From contig CAVXNX010000025.1 in NCBI GenBank assembly GCA_963763215.1, positions 20,090 to 84,089 of the forward strand: a DNA stretch of 64,000 nucleotides. The letters are read 5' to 3'. The translations under genes were made by a program, and so were the position numbers. Below are positions 42,481-51,747 of the stretch, piece after piece. Source of the stretch: an uncultured Bacteroidales bacterium (lineage in GTDB: Bacteria; Bacteroidota; Bacteroidia; Bacteroidales; GCA-2748055). The notes beneath the pieces are model-generated. The model was given only the letters and a program-made list of their open reading frames with translations. It searched no databases and was not told the DNA's origin. The stretch's first letter is position 1. Every line of letters starts with the position of its first letter.

Positions 42481-43294
42481 ATGAACAAATTAGCAAAGGC
42501 TCTCAAGGCCACCGGACAACTCATCAGGAACCCCTGGTTATTAAACAGGGTTTTGCAGGAACCGGAGCTCTGGAAGGACCGGGTGATCCGGCAATACCGG
42601 CTGCCCGAATGGACTGCCCCTCATCTCCCCGCACCAGTTGTTTGGCGAAAACGCCGGAGGTGAACTCAACCTGTTCACCTTCCTCGACGGAGGCTCCCTG
42701 CCCACCGACATTCTCCTGTTGAAAAAACTGGCCGGGAAATTTGAAAAATGTTCCTATTTTGAAATCGGCACCTGGCGGGGCGAAAGCGTGGCAAATGTTG
42801 CTGCGGCGGCCGCTGAATGTTTTACCTTGAACCTTTCGGCTGAAGAACTCCGGTCAATGCATGTGGATGAAAAATATATTGCCCTGCAGGGATTCTTTTC
42901 AAAGTCCCTGAAAAATGTCGTTCATCTCGAGGGCAACTCCCGGACATTCGATTTCGGTTCGCTTCAGCGCCGTTTCGATGTTATTTTTATCGATGGGGAT
43001 CATCATTACGACATGGTGAAGCATGATACGCAGCAGGTCTTCCGCCACCTCGTCCATCCCGCATCGGTGGTGGTGTGGCACGATTACGGGAATACCCCGG
43101 AAAATGTCCGCTTCGAAGTTCTGGCCGGTATCCTGGATGGCACACCCGGGGAATTGCACCGGTATCTCTACCATGTTGGCGGCACAAAATCCGCCGTGAT
43201 GATCCGGGAAGAAATCCCGTCGGCCGTCCTTTCAGAGCCGGTCAGGCCCACCTTTCATTATCAGGTAAAGCTCCATTATATCAAAACCCGTTAA
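42481..43294 (+). CDS. Class I SAM-dependent methyltransferase (Methyltransf_24-like; one frameshift)
   Basis: ORFs 42481..42663 and 42638..43294 join near 42610-42640. Motifs are YFEIGTWRGES and DVIFIDGDHHYDMVKHD. Confidence 0.55.
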
Positions 43295-43295
43295 G

Positions 43296-44496
43296 TTGAA
43301 AAACGAAAAGAAAATTCTGATTTTGCCTTCCTGGTATCTGCCCGATGGAGGCGGTTTTTTCAAGGACCATGCGGAGGCCTTGCATCACGGTGATTTCAGG
43401 GTCGATGTCCTGGTCAACCGGGTGCTCGGACTGACCAGCCACACCATCAATCAGATCATCCGGTCGCAGGGAACAACGGTGAACATCGAGGGTCCGTTGA
43501 AAGTGATCCGTTCGGGTTATCTCCGGTGGCCGAAGATGGAAAAGAGGAATGTCCGCGGATGGGTGAATAAATACCTCAGGCTGTTTGAGGAATATGTGGA
43601 AAGGTTCGGTGAACCGGATATTATCATCGCCCACAGCACGATCTGGGCAGGTTATGTCGCCTCTCTCATCAAGGAACAGTATAAGATCCCCTATATCCTG
43701 GTTGAACACCGCAGCCGTTTTGCCCGCGATATCGAATCGACCCAGAAGATGATCCGCGAATGGTATTTCCCCTTCATCCGGAGCAGCCTGTCTCATGCCG
43801 ACAGGATCGTGACGGTCAGCCAGGTCATCGACTCACAGCTGATCAGTATTTCTCCCGGAATACGGAATAAGATCCTGACCATTCCCAATCTGATCGATGT
43901 CAATTTCTTTGTCCCGCCATCCATGAGAAGGGATAAGGAACCCTTTATCTTCCTGGGATTCGGCATTCTTGAATATGTCAAGGGATTCGATATCCTGATC
44001 CAGGCTTTTGCCCGGTTTGTCGAGAATCATGAAGGCGAATTTCTCTCTGAGGATCGGCGGGAGAGGCGGCAAATACCGGAAATTGAATCATCTGGCCAGG
44101 CGCTTCGGGGTGGCCGACAAAGTGACCCTGCACGGATATGTTCCCCGGGAAGAGGTGAAACGCGAAATGCAGATGGCAAACCTGTTCATCCTCCCGAGCC
44201 GGTTTGAAGCTTTCGGCGTCGTCCTGCTGGAAGCCATGTCTACCGGCTGCCCTGTGATATCAACCTATTCGGGAGGACCTGAATTTATCGTCAAGGAAAC
44301 CGACGGACTGCTGGTTGAACCCGACAGTGTCGATGACCTCACCCGGGCCATGGAGAAGATCTATGACAATTATGAAAAATACGATCCTGAGAAAATCCGG
44401 AAAGATGTCGTTGACAATTATGCTGTTGAAGTGATCAGGGACCGCTATTACACCCTCATTAACGAGATCCTGGATGGAAAAAATCTGGCTTTGTAA
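43296..44496 (+). CDS. Glycosyltransferase family 4 (GT-B, GT1 superfamily; one frameshift)
   Basis: ORFs 43296..44207 and 44008..44496 join near 44036-44045. The C-terminal domain has ..FILPSRFEAFGVVLLEAMSTGCPVIST.. (E-x7-E region). The TTG start is 1 nt after the methyltransferase stop. Confidence 0.75.
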
Positions 44497-46096
44497 AAAC
44501 AGTGGCTTCACCTGGTACGACAAGGAAAATATCCATGTCAAAGGGTATCTTTTCGACCGTGCCGACACCCTGTATGCGGGGGAAAACCTCCTGCGTTATT
44601 TTGAAGGAATCGAATCTTCAACCGATTTTGAAGAACGGGTAACTTTTGCCAACGGCCTTTTCAGTGTCATCATCGAAACCGGCGACGAATGCCTGGTGGC
44701 CACGGATCCCTGCAGGACCTTTCCGCTGTTCTTTATCCGGCAACATGGAAAGTGGAGTTTATCCGATGATCCATACGTTCTGGCCAGGGAACTCGATCAT
44801 CCGCGACTCGACCATCCCTCGGTCACCGAATTCCTCGCCACCGGATATGTGACAGGTGACAATACCCTCATCGAGGAGATCCGGCAGATCCAGGCCGGCG
44901 AAATGATCCGGTTCAAAAACGACACTCTGAGTTCCCACTTTTATGCCACCTTCCGCTGCCAGACCGTCAGGGAGGACCCTTACCCCGAACTAAGGCAGGA
45001 TGCCAGGACTATTTTTGACGGCGCATTCAAACGGCTCATTGCATCCCTCCAGGGCAGGCCGGCGATTGTCCCGCTCAGCGGAGGATATGATTCCCGGTTT
45101 ATTGCGACCATGCTCAGGCATTATGAATATGATCCGGTCATCACCTTTACCTATGGGAGAAAAGGCAGCCAGGAGGTCCATATTTCGGAGAAGGTTGCCA
45201 AAAAACTTGACTTTCCCTGGATATTCGTCGAGTATACGCCCGAGTTGATCCGGGACTTTATCAATGATGAATCTTTCATGGACTTTGTCGCCGGATCGGG
45301 CAATATGACCTCAGCATTTTCCCTGCAGGAATACTTTGCGGTCAGGCACCTAAGACAGGAAGGACTAATTCCCGACAATAGTGTCTTTGTGCCCGGGATT
45401 TACGGAAATTTCCTCGCCGGAGGAATGCTTTATACCCACGGGAACCTCAGCCTCGAAGAGTCCGTTTCACAGATCGCCGAAAGGATCTACCGGGTGAAAT
45501 ATACCTTCAAAACGCCCCGCAAAAAAGACATCCCCCTGATACTGGACCGGATTGAGAAATGCATCCAGGAAAAGTATGTCAAAGATTCGGACCTGGCTTA
45601 CAGCATTCACGAAGACTATGATTTCAAGGAACGGTATGCCAAATTCATCACGAATCTGACTTCCACCTATGCCTTTTTCGGATATGAATTCCGGTTGCCT
45701 TTCTCGGACCGTCCGCTGGTCGATTTTTTCAGGAAACTACCCCTTCAGGCCAAGATCAACAAATACCTCTACGACGATATTCTTTACAATGATTTTTTCG
45801 TGCCTTACGGGATCCATTTCGCTCATGAATTACGCCCCCCCGAACCCGATGAGGAGCTGATCCGCCGTTCCCGGGAAAAGAACCGGATCAATTCGCGCCT
45901 GCCCGAATGGATCCGGCGCCTGTTTATCCGGAAACACGACGACCTGTTCTTTCGCGAGATCACCCGCTATTTTAAGGATGATCTGAACCGGAAAGGCACG
46001 AAAATCAGGATCTATGGGAATTCTTACCGCTCATTGATCATCCAGTGGTATACCCATTCCGTTGAACAATTCCTGAAAGATCAAAAGAAGTCATAA
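44474..46096 (+). CDS. Asparagine synthase-like PP-loop ATPase lacking the N-terminal glutaminase Cys
   Basis: Intact 540-aa ORF that overlaps the GT4 stop by 23 nt. The PP-loop is VPLSGGYDSRF. The N-terminus is MEKIWLCKN.. with no Cys2 nucleophile. Confidence 0.65.
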   Translation: MEKIWLCKNSGFTWYDKENIHVKGYLFDRADTLYAGENLLRYFEGIESSTDFEERVTFANGLFSVIIETGDECLVATDPCRTFPLFFIRQHGKWSLSDDPYVLARELDHPRLDHPSVTEFLATGYVTGDNTLIEEIRQIQAGEMIRFKNDTLSSHFYATFRCQTVREDPYPELRQDARTIFDGAFKRLIASLQGRPAIVPLSGGYDSRFIATMLRHYEYDPVITFTYGRKGSQEVHISEKVAKKLDFPWIFVEYTPELIRDFINDESFMDFVAGSGNMTSAFSLQEYFAVRHLRQEGLIPDNSVFVPGIYGNFLAGGMLYTHGNLSLEESVSQIAERIYRVKYTFKTPRKKDIPLILDRIEKCIQEKYVKDSDLAYSIHEDYDFKERYAKFITNLTSTYAFFGYEFRLPFSDRPLVDFFRKLPLQAKINKYLYDDILYNDFFVPYGIHFAHELRPPEPDEELIRRSREKNRINSRLPEWIRRLFIRKHDDLFFREITRYFKDDLNRKGTKIRIYGNSYRSLIIQWYTHSVEQFLKDQKKS

Positions 46097-46134
46097 TTTT
46101 TTTCCGATAATTCTGCCGGGAACAAAAAAATATT

Positions 46135-46142
46135 TAAATTTG
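46135..46142 (+). promoter_or_regulatory. -7 promoter box (TAAATTTG) for tRNA-His
   Basis: TAAATTTG lies 12 nt upstream of the tRNA 5' end. Confidence 0.4.
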
Positions 46143-46153
46143 CAAGCCCAAAC

Positions 46154-46228
46154 GGTGGATGTAGCTCAGTCGGTCAGAGCGCTGGATTGTGGTTCCAGAG
46201 GTCGTGGGTTCGAGCCCCATCTTCCACC
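46154..46228 (+). tRNA. tRNA-His (anticodon GUG)
   Basis: The cloverleaf was folded by hand. G-1 pairs with C73. The acceptor is GTGGATG/CTTCCAC (one U-U mismatch). The D arm is GCTC..GAGC. The anticodon stem is CTGGA/TCCAG with loop TTGTGGT. The T arm is GTGGG-TTCGAGC-CCCAT. CCA is not fully encoded. Confidence 0.9.
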
Positions 46229-46242
46229 CAAAACATACAAAT

Positions 46243-46278
46243 CCCGTCTTTGCATGAATGCAAAGACGGGATTTTCTT
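46243..46278 (+). terminator. Rho-independent terminator after tRNA-His
   Basis: Perfect 12-bp stem CCCGTCTTTGCA / TGCAAAGACGGG with loop TGAA, followed by ATTTTCTT. Confidence 0.8.
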
Positions 46279-46573
46279 ATTCCAATACTCAGCGAAAAAG
46301 GCAATCGGAATTCGCTCTTCCGGTATTCTTTTCTTTTCTTAAATAATTCATAATAAAATATTCCCCGAACATTCTGTTTTTCAAAGTGTTTTTTTGTTGG
46401 AGGAAAAAATCAATTCCCGGCCTTTTAAAATTTTCTGATTCCTTTTATTTTACTTTGCTTTTTCGCTAATTTTATCCACGGCATCGTCGTTTTTGGGTAT
46501 TATTTAAAGGGAAGAATAAATTCCATGACAAAGAAAACAGACCTCAGAGTTCAAGCCAGAAAAAGAAGATCAT

Positions 46574-49500
46574 ATGACGATTGTGGGCATAGGCGCTTCA
46601 GCGGGCGGGCTTACCGCCCTGAAAAAATTCTTCTCCACTATGCCGGAGGATTCCGGGATGGCCTTTGTCGTTGTGGTCCATCTCTCACCCAAGCATGAGA
46701 GTGTCCTGGCTGAATTGCTTCAACCCCACATCAAAATGCCCGTGCACCAGGTGAACCGGACTTTGGAATTAAAACCCAACACCGTCTATATTATCCCGCC
46801 AAACGCCAATCTCAACAGCATTGACACCCACCTGAGGCTCACAGAGTTGGAGAACGGGCCTGGCGCCCGGTCCCCTATTGATCACTTTTTCCGTACCCTG
46901 GCCAAGACGCATGATGGGAACGCCATCGGGATCATCCTCACCGGTACAGGATCCGATGGGACCATTGGATTGAAAGAGATCAAGGAAAAAGGGGGCTTCG
47001 TCTTTGTTCAGGATCCGAACGAAGCGGAATATGACGGGATGCCCCTGAGCGCGATATCGACCGGTCTGGTCGACCGCGTCCTCCCCCTGAAAGACATCCC
47101 TGCATATATTCACCGGTTCATCTCAGCTCGGCCCCGGATCAAATCCCTGGAGCCCGGGGCGGAACCTGAACCGGAAGAATACCAGATCCTTCAGAAAATA
47201 TATGCCGTGATCCGTTCCCGTACCGGACGCGACTTCTCCAATTACAAAATTTCCACGATCATGCGGCGCATGCAACGGCGTATGCAACTCATGTCGGTCA
47301 GGACGCTGGTTGAATATCTGGAAATCCTCCGAAAGAACCCTGATGAAACCGATGCGCTTGCCAATGACTTCCTGATCAATGTCACCGTATTCTTCAGAGA
47401 CCCTGAAGTATTCATGCATCTCAGGAATGAAGTGATCCCCCGGCTTTTTGAAGGTAAGAACCGGAACGACCGGATCAGGGTCTGGTCCGTTGGCTGCGCC
47501 ACGGGTGAGGAAGCCTACTCCATTGCCATCCTGCTGCTCGAAGAATCGGGTCGCCATGACTCTCCTCCCCAAATCCAGATCTTTGCATCCGATCTGCATG
47601 AAGATTCTCTCAAAAAAGCCCGCGAGGGAAGTTATCCCGCCGATATCGTTGTCGATGTAACCACCCCGCGCCTCAGTCGATTTTTCACCATGGAAAAAGC
47701 CGGCTACCGTGTAAACAGGGATTTGCGCGAATGTGTGATCTTCACCCAGCATAACCTGATGGCCGATCCGCCGTTCTCTCAAATCGACCTTCTCCTTTGC
47801 CGGAACCTCGTGATCTACCTCAAACGGGAAGTGCAGAAAGATATCTTTGAGTTGTTCCACTATTCACTCCGTACCAACGGATTCCTTGTTTTGGGTGCTT
47901 CAGAAAATATTGAAAGCCGCGATCTCTTTGCCGTTGAAAACAAAGCACTTTCCGTTTATTCCCGGCGGAATATTTCAAGAACCGAACCCAAACTCCCGGT
48001 TTTCCCGAAATTACTTCTGCATGGAAAGCCTTTGTTCCACCCTAGAGAAGAACCGGTATTGTCGCCGGGAGAACTCCACATGAAAGCGGTGGAACGTTTC
48101 GCTCCTCCCAGCATTCTGCTCAGCCCGGATTACCAGGTGGTCCATGTATCAGAAAATGCGGGAAAGTTCCTGTCGGTCCGGGGTGGCGAGCCCGTTCGTG
48201 ACATATTCCAGCTGATCCGTAAAGAATTGCAGTTCGAACTCCGTTCCATCATCTATGCCTCCAGGGAGAAAAAGGAAATCGTCCGTTCCAGGCCTTTGGT
48301 GCTTTCCGGCGGGCGAAACAAACGCCGGCTGATCATGTCGGTGCGCAACATCGATGATTCGCAGCTGGATGGTACGATCCTGCTGATGTTTGAAGAGTAT
48401 GCCTCATTGAATCCGGCTGACCAGGCTCCGGATCCCGTGAATGAAAAAAAACAGGAAACAGCCCGGATCAAAGAACTTGAAGAAGAAAGGGAAGAATACC
48501 GACGGCACCTTCAGGCGGTCATCGAAGAATATGAGACCAGCAAGGAAGAAATGAAAGCCTCGAACGAGGAACTTCAGTCGGCCAATGAAGAATTGCGCTC
48601 CACACTTGAAGAACTGGAGACCAGTAAAGAAGAACTCCAGTCGATCAACGAGGAACTGACCACGGTAAATCAGGAAAACCGGCATAAGGTCGAAGAACTC
48701 AGTCAGCTCTCCGACGATCTCCAGAATCTTCTGACATCGACCGATATCGCCACCCTGTTCCTCGACAGGGAATTCCGGATACTGCGCTTCACACCCCGGC
48801 TCGGTGACCTGTTCAATGTCAGAAAAGAAGACCAGGGCAGACCCATCTCCGATCAAACGAATAAGGTCATTTATGATGACATGATCGCCGATGCGGAAAA
48901 GGTATTAAAATCTTTGCAGCCCATTGAACATGAAATCAGGAACAAAAACGGGAACACTTTCCTGGCCAGGGTATTGCCCTATCGCAGTGGAGAGGATAAG
49001 ATCGAGGGCGTTGTGATCACCTTTATTGATATCTCCGCCCAAAAGAAAATGATACAGGAACTGTCTGAGTCGAAAGTCTATGCTGAAAGCATTTTCCAGA
49101 CCCTTCACGATCCCTTGCTGGTGTTGACGCCGGATCTGAAGATCAAATCTGCCAACACGGCTTTTTACGACCAGTTCCATACCGATGAACGAAAAACATC
49201 CGGTCGGTTCATCCGTGAGATGGACAATGGACAATGGAATATTCCTGACCTGATCGACCTGTTGAACACGGTGCAGGCTGAAAATACCGTCATTACGAAT
49301 TTTGAACTCAAACACACTTTTGAAACCCTCGGTGAAAGGTTCGTTTCGCTGAATGTCCGGCAATTGGGAGAACAAAACCTGATGATGGTCGGGATCCGCG
49401 ACATTACAGAAATGAAACAGGCCGAGCAGGCCCTGCGCCGGAGTGAGGAGCGCTTGCGGAGGATGCTCAATATTGAACGCGTCGGTGTCCTGAGCCTGAA

Positions 49501-51736
49501 TAGCAAGGGTACCATCATCGATGCCAACGATGCTTTTCTCAATATCATCGGTTACAGCAGGAAAGAAATCGAATCGGGATCGCTGAGCTGGAAAAGCCTG
49601 ACACCGTCTGAATACATGGAAATTTCCCGCAGACAATTCCAGCAACTCCGGAAAACGGGCCGTATCGGGCCATACGAGAAGGAATACCTGAAAAAGGATG
49701 GATCCAGGATCTGGATGTTTTTTGTCGGATCGAGCCTGGATGATCATACGGTGATCGAGTATGGGATCGATATCACCGACCGGAAGAAGGCACAGATGGC
49801 GGTCCAGATTTCCGAGGAACGTTTCCGGGTTATCGTCGATCTCGTGCCCGATCTCCTCTGGAGCAATGATAAACATGGCAGAACAGACTGGTATAACTGG
49901 CAATTGCTGAAATACACCGGTTTGAATTCTGACCATACCAGTATGCAAAGGTGGCAGGAAGTCATTCATCCCGACGATTATGATCAGGTGATCCGCGCAT
50001 TCAACAGTTCCTTCAATGCCGGCGAGCGTTTTAGGATGGAGATGAGGATCCGTCGTCACGATGGCGAATATCGTTGGTTCCTGACACAGATCGTGCCGTT
50101 CAGAAACAAGGAAGGAAAAATCATAAAATGGTATGGTTCAGCCACCGATATCCACGAAGAACGCGTTGCCATGGAAGCAATCCGGCAGGCAAAGGAAGAG
50201 GCAGAAAAAGCGGCACGGGCCAAAGAAGAATTCCTTGCCCATATGAGCCATGAGATCCGGACCCCACTGAATGCCATCGTTGGCATTAGTCACCTGCTCA
50301 TCCAGGAAAAACCAAGGAAAGACCAGATCGAAAATCTGCATAATCTTAAATATTCGGCCGAGAACCTGCATGTGCTCATCAATGATATCCTCGATCTGAG
50401 CAAAGTCCAGGCGGGAAAGATGCCGGTGGTCTGCGATGAATTCAGCACTGAGGAATTCATTAACAAAATCATGAACATCCATCAGAACACTGCCAGAGAA
50501 AAAGAGCTCGGTCTGGAAATGAAGATCGGCCGGAACGTTCCACATTATATCATCACCGATCAGCTGAAACTTTCACAAATTCTGAATAACCTGATAAGTA
50601 ATGCTCTCAAATTCACTGCTGAAGGAAAAATTGAACTGGAGATAAAATTTAACCGGCAACAGGATGACGGGATCTGGCTCGATTTCTCGGTAAGAGATAC
50701 CGGAATAGGCATTTCAGAGGATAAAATGCAACGGATTTTCGACGAATTCAGCCAGGGCGACAGCTCTACGGTCCGCAAATATGGCGGTACGGGCCTCGGT
50801 CTTACCCTGTGCCGGCTATACCTTGAAATGCTGGGAAGCAGCATTAATGTTGAAAGTACGGAAGGGGAAGGTTCACGGTTTTTCTTCACCCTTCCCGTGA
50901 AAGCCGGGGATGGGAAAACAATCACGAACGCTCCTGATAAAGATGCGAAGGTCCCGGATGACCTTCAGGATGTTCATATTTTACTTGTGGAAGATGCGGA
51001 AGTCAACCGGATGGTGATGGAACAGTTCCTGAAAAAGTGGTGGCACCTCAGTTGCGACGAAGCCATTGACGGCAGGCAGGCAATCGAACTGGCACGTAAA
51101 AAAGTGTACCAGCTTATCCTGATGGATGTCAGAATGCCGGTGATGGATGGTTATGAAGCCACCCGTCAGATCCGCCAGCTACCCGGCTATGAAAATGTTA
51201 AAGTCATCGCCCTCACCGCGGATGTCTCCAAACAGGTTAATCAGGAAATGGAAAAGGGCTTGTTTGACGATATCATCATCAAACCCATTCAGCCTGAAGA
51301 ACTCCTGAGAAAAATTGAAAAATATGCAGGAGGTGCGGGAAATCCCAATCCGGTGAAAGGGAATGATCCCGGCCTACCGGAAGGCGAATGGCTCTCTCTG
51401 AAAAAGGTTCATGAATTCATGGAAAATGATGCTCCGGCCATTCATATGTTTCTGCATCAAACGGTGGAAGAACTCGAAGGTATCAAAGATCAGTATGTCA
51501 CCGCCATGAAAAACAGGGAACCTGAAGCGCTCGGTGACCTGAAGCATAAGTATAAATGGGTCTTCGATCTGCTCGAGATCAATGAAATAAACGAATTATT
51601 GCTGAAGTCCCATAATATGCTGAAAGAAAATTCTCATGATGAGGAACAACTCCGGCAGGTTATGGATGAATGTGAAGGATCGCTGTCAAAACTGAAAACC
51701 GTCCTCAGCGAAAAACTGGTGAAGGAGGGGATATAA
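46574..51736 (+). CDS. Single-chain CheB methylesterase - CheR methyltransferase - coiled coil - 5 PAS - HisKA/HATPase_c - receiver - HPt-like hybrid sensor kinase
   Basis: Intact 1720-aa ORF. The modules are:
- CheB: IVGIGASAGG and ILTGTGSDG.
- CheR: IRVWSVGCATGEEAYSIA and LLLCRNLVIYL.
- An EEL heptad coiled coil at aa 664-698.
- Five PAS-like modules.
- H-box FLAHMSHEIRTPLN.
- N/G boxes NLISNALKFT, DTGIGI and GGTGLGL.
- REC: ILLVEDAEVNR..LILMDVRMPVMDG..ALTAD.
- A C-terminal helical HPt-like segment (..LGDLKHKYKWVF..).

An out-of-frame ATG at 46525 (MTKKTDLRVQARK..) could be the true start if an indel sits in the A-rich run at 46561-46570. Confidence 0.85.
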   Translation: MTIVGIGASAGGLTALKKFFSTMPEDSGMAFVVVVHLSPKHESVLAELLQPHIKMPVHQVNRTLELKPNTVYIIPPNANLNSIDTHLRLTELENGPGARSPIDHFFRTLAKTHDGNAIGIILTGTGSDGTIGLKEIKEKGGFVFVQDPNEAEYDGMPLSAISTGLVDRVLPLKDIPAYIHRFISARPRIKSLEPGAEPEPEEYQILQKIYAVIRSRTGRDFSNYKISTIMRRMQRRMQLMSVRTLVEYLEILRKNPDETDALANDFLINVTVFFRDPEVFMHLRNEVIPRLFEGKNRNDRIRVWSVGCATGEEAYSIAILLLEESGRHDSPPQIQIFASDLHEDSLKKAREGSYPADIVVDVTTPRLSRFFTMEKAGYRVNRDLRECVIFTQHNLMADPPFSQIDLLLCRNLVIYLKREVQKDIFELFHYSLRTNGFLVLGASENIESRDLFAVENKALSVYSRRNISRTEPKLPVFPKLLLHGKPLFHPREEPVLSPGELHMKAVERFAPPSILLSPDYQVVHVSENAGKFLSVRGGEPVRDIFQLIRKELQFELRSIIYASREKKEIVRSRPLVLSGGRNKRRLIMSVRNIDDSQLDGTILLMFEEYASLNPADQAPDPVNEKKQETARIKELEEEREEYRRHLQAVIEEYETSKEEMKASNEELQSANEELRSTLEELETSKEELQSINEELTTVNQENRHKVEELSQLSDDLQNLLTSTDIATLFLDREFRILRFTPRLGDLFNVRKEDQGRPISDQTNKVIYDDMIADAEKVLKSLQPIEHEIRNKNGNTFLARVLPYRSGEDKIEGVVITFIDISAQKKMIQELSESKVYAESIFQTLHDPLLVLTPDLKIKSANTAFYDQFHTDERKTSGRFIREMDNGQWNIPDLIDLLNTVQAENTVITNFELKHTFETLGERFVSLNVRQLGEQNLMMVGIRDITEMKQAEQALRRSEERLRRMLNIERVGVLSLNSKGTIIDANDAFLNIIGYSRKEIESGSLSWKSLTPSEYMEISRRQFQQLRKTGRIGPYEKEYLKKDGSRIWMFFVGSSLDDHTVIEYGIDITDRKKAQMAVQISEERFRVIVDLVPDLLWSNDKHGRTDWYNWQLLKYTGLNSDHTSMQRWQEVIHPDDYDQVIRAFNSSFNAGERFRMEMRIRRHDGEYRWFLTQIVPFRNKEGKIIKWYGSATDIHEERVAMEAIRQAKEEAEKAARAKEEFLAHMSHEIRTPLNAIVGISHLLIQEKPRKDQIENLHNLKYSAENLHVLINDILDLSKVQAGKMPVVCDEFSTEEFINKIMNIHQNTAREKELGLEMKIGRNVPHYIITDQLKLSQILNNLISNALKFTAEGKIELEIKFNRQQDDGIWLDFSVRDTGIGISEDKMQRIFDEFSQGDSSTVRKYGGTGLGLTLCRLYLEMLGSSINVESTEGEGSRFFFTLPVKAGDGKTITNAPDKDAKVPDDLQDVHILLVEDAEVNRMVMEQFLKKWWHLSCDEAIDGRQAIELARKKVYQLILMDVRMPVMDGYEATRQIRQLPGYENVKVIALTADVSKQVNQEMEKGLFDDIIIKPIQPEELLRKIEKYAGGAGNPNPVKGNDPGLPEGEWLSLKKVHEFMENDAPAIHMFLHQTVEELEGIKDQYVTAMKNREPEALGDLKHKYKWVFDLLEINEINELLLKSHNMLKENSHDEEQLRQVMDECEGSLSKLKTVLSEKLVKEGI

Positions 51737-51747
51737 GTATCACATTA

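Noticed and set aside
44474-46096. The AsnB-like protein as a lasso-peptide cyclase, which would imply a RiPP cluster
   Set aside because: Lasso clusters need a transglutaminase-like leader peptidase with an RRE and a short precursor gene, and none is present. The flanking genes are a glycosyltransferase and a methyltransferase, which points to glycan modification.
46140-46346. 68-aa ORF overlapping tRNA-His and its terminator
   Set aside because: The region folds into a canonical tRNA-His with G-1 and a 12-bp terminator hairpin, so the ORF is incidental.
47123-50059. 245-aa and 384-aa antisense ORFs (47123..47860 and 48905..50059) inside the CheBR-kinase gene
   Set aside because: No motifs, and the sense strand is a continuous 1720-aa multi-domain protein. 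I treat these as shadow ORFs.
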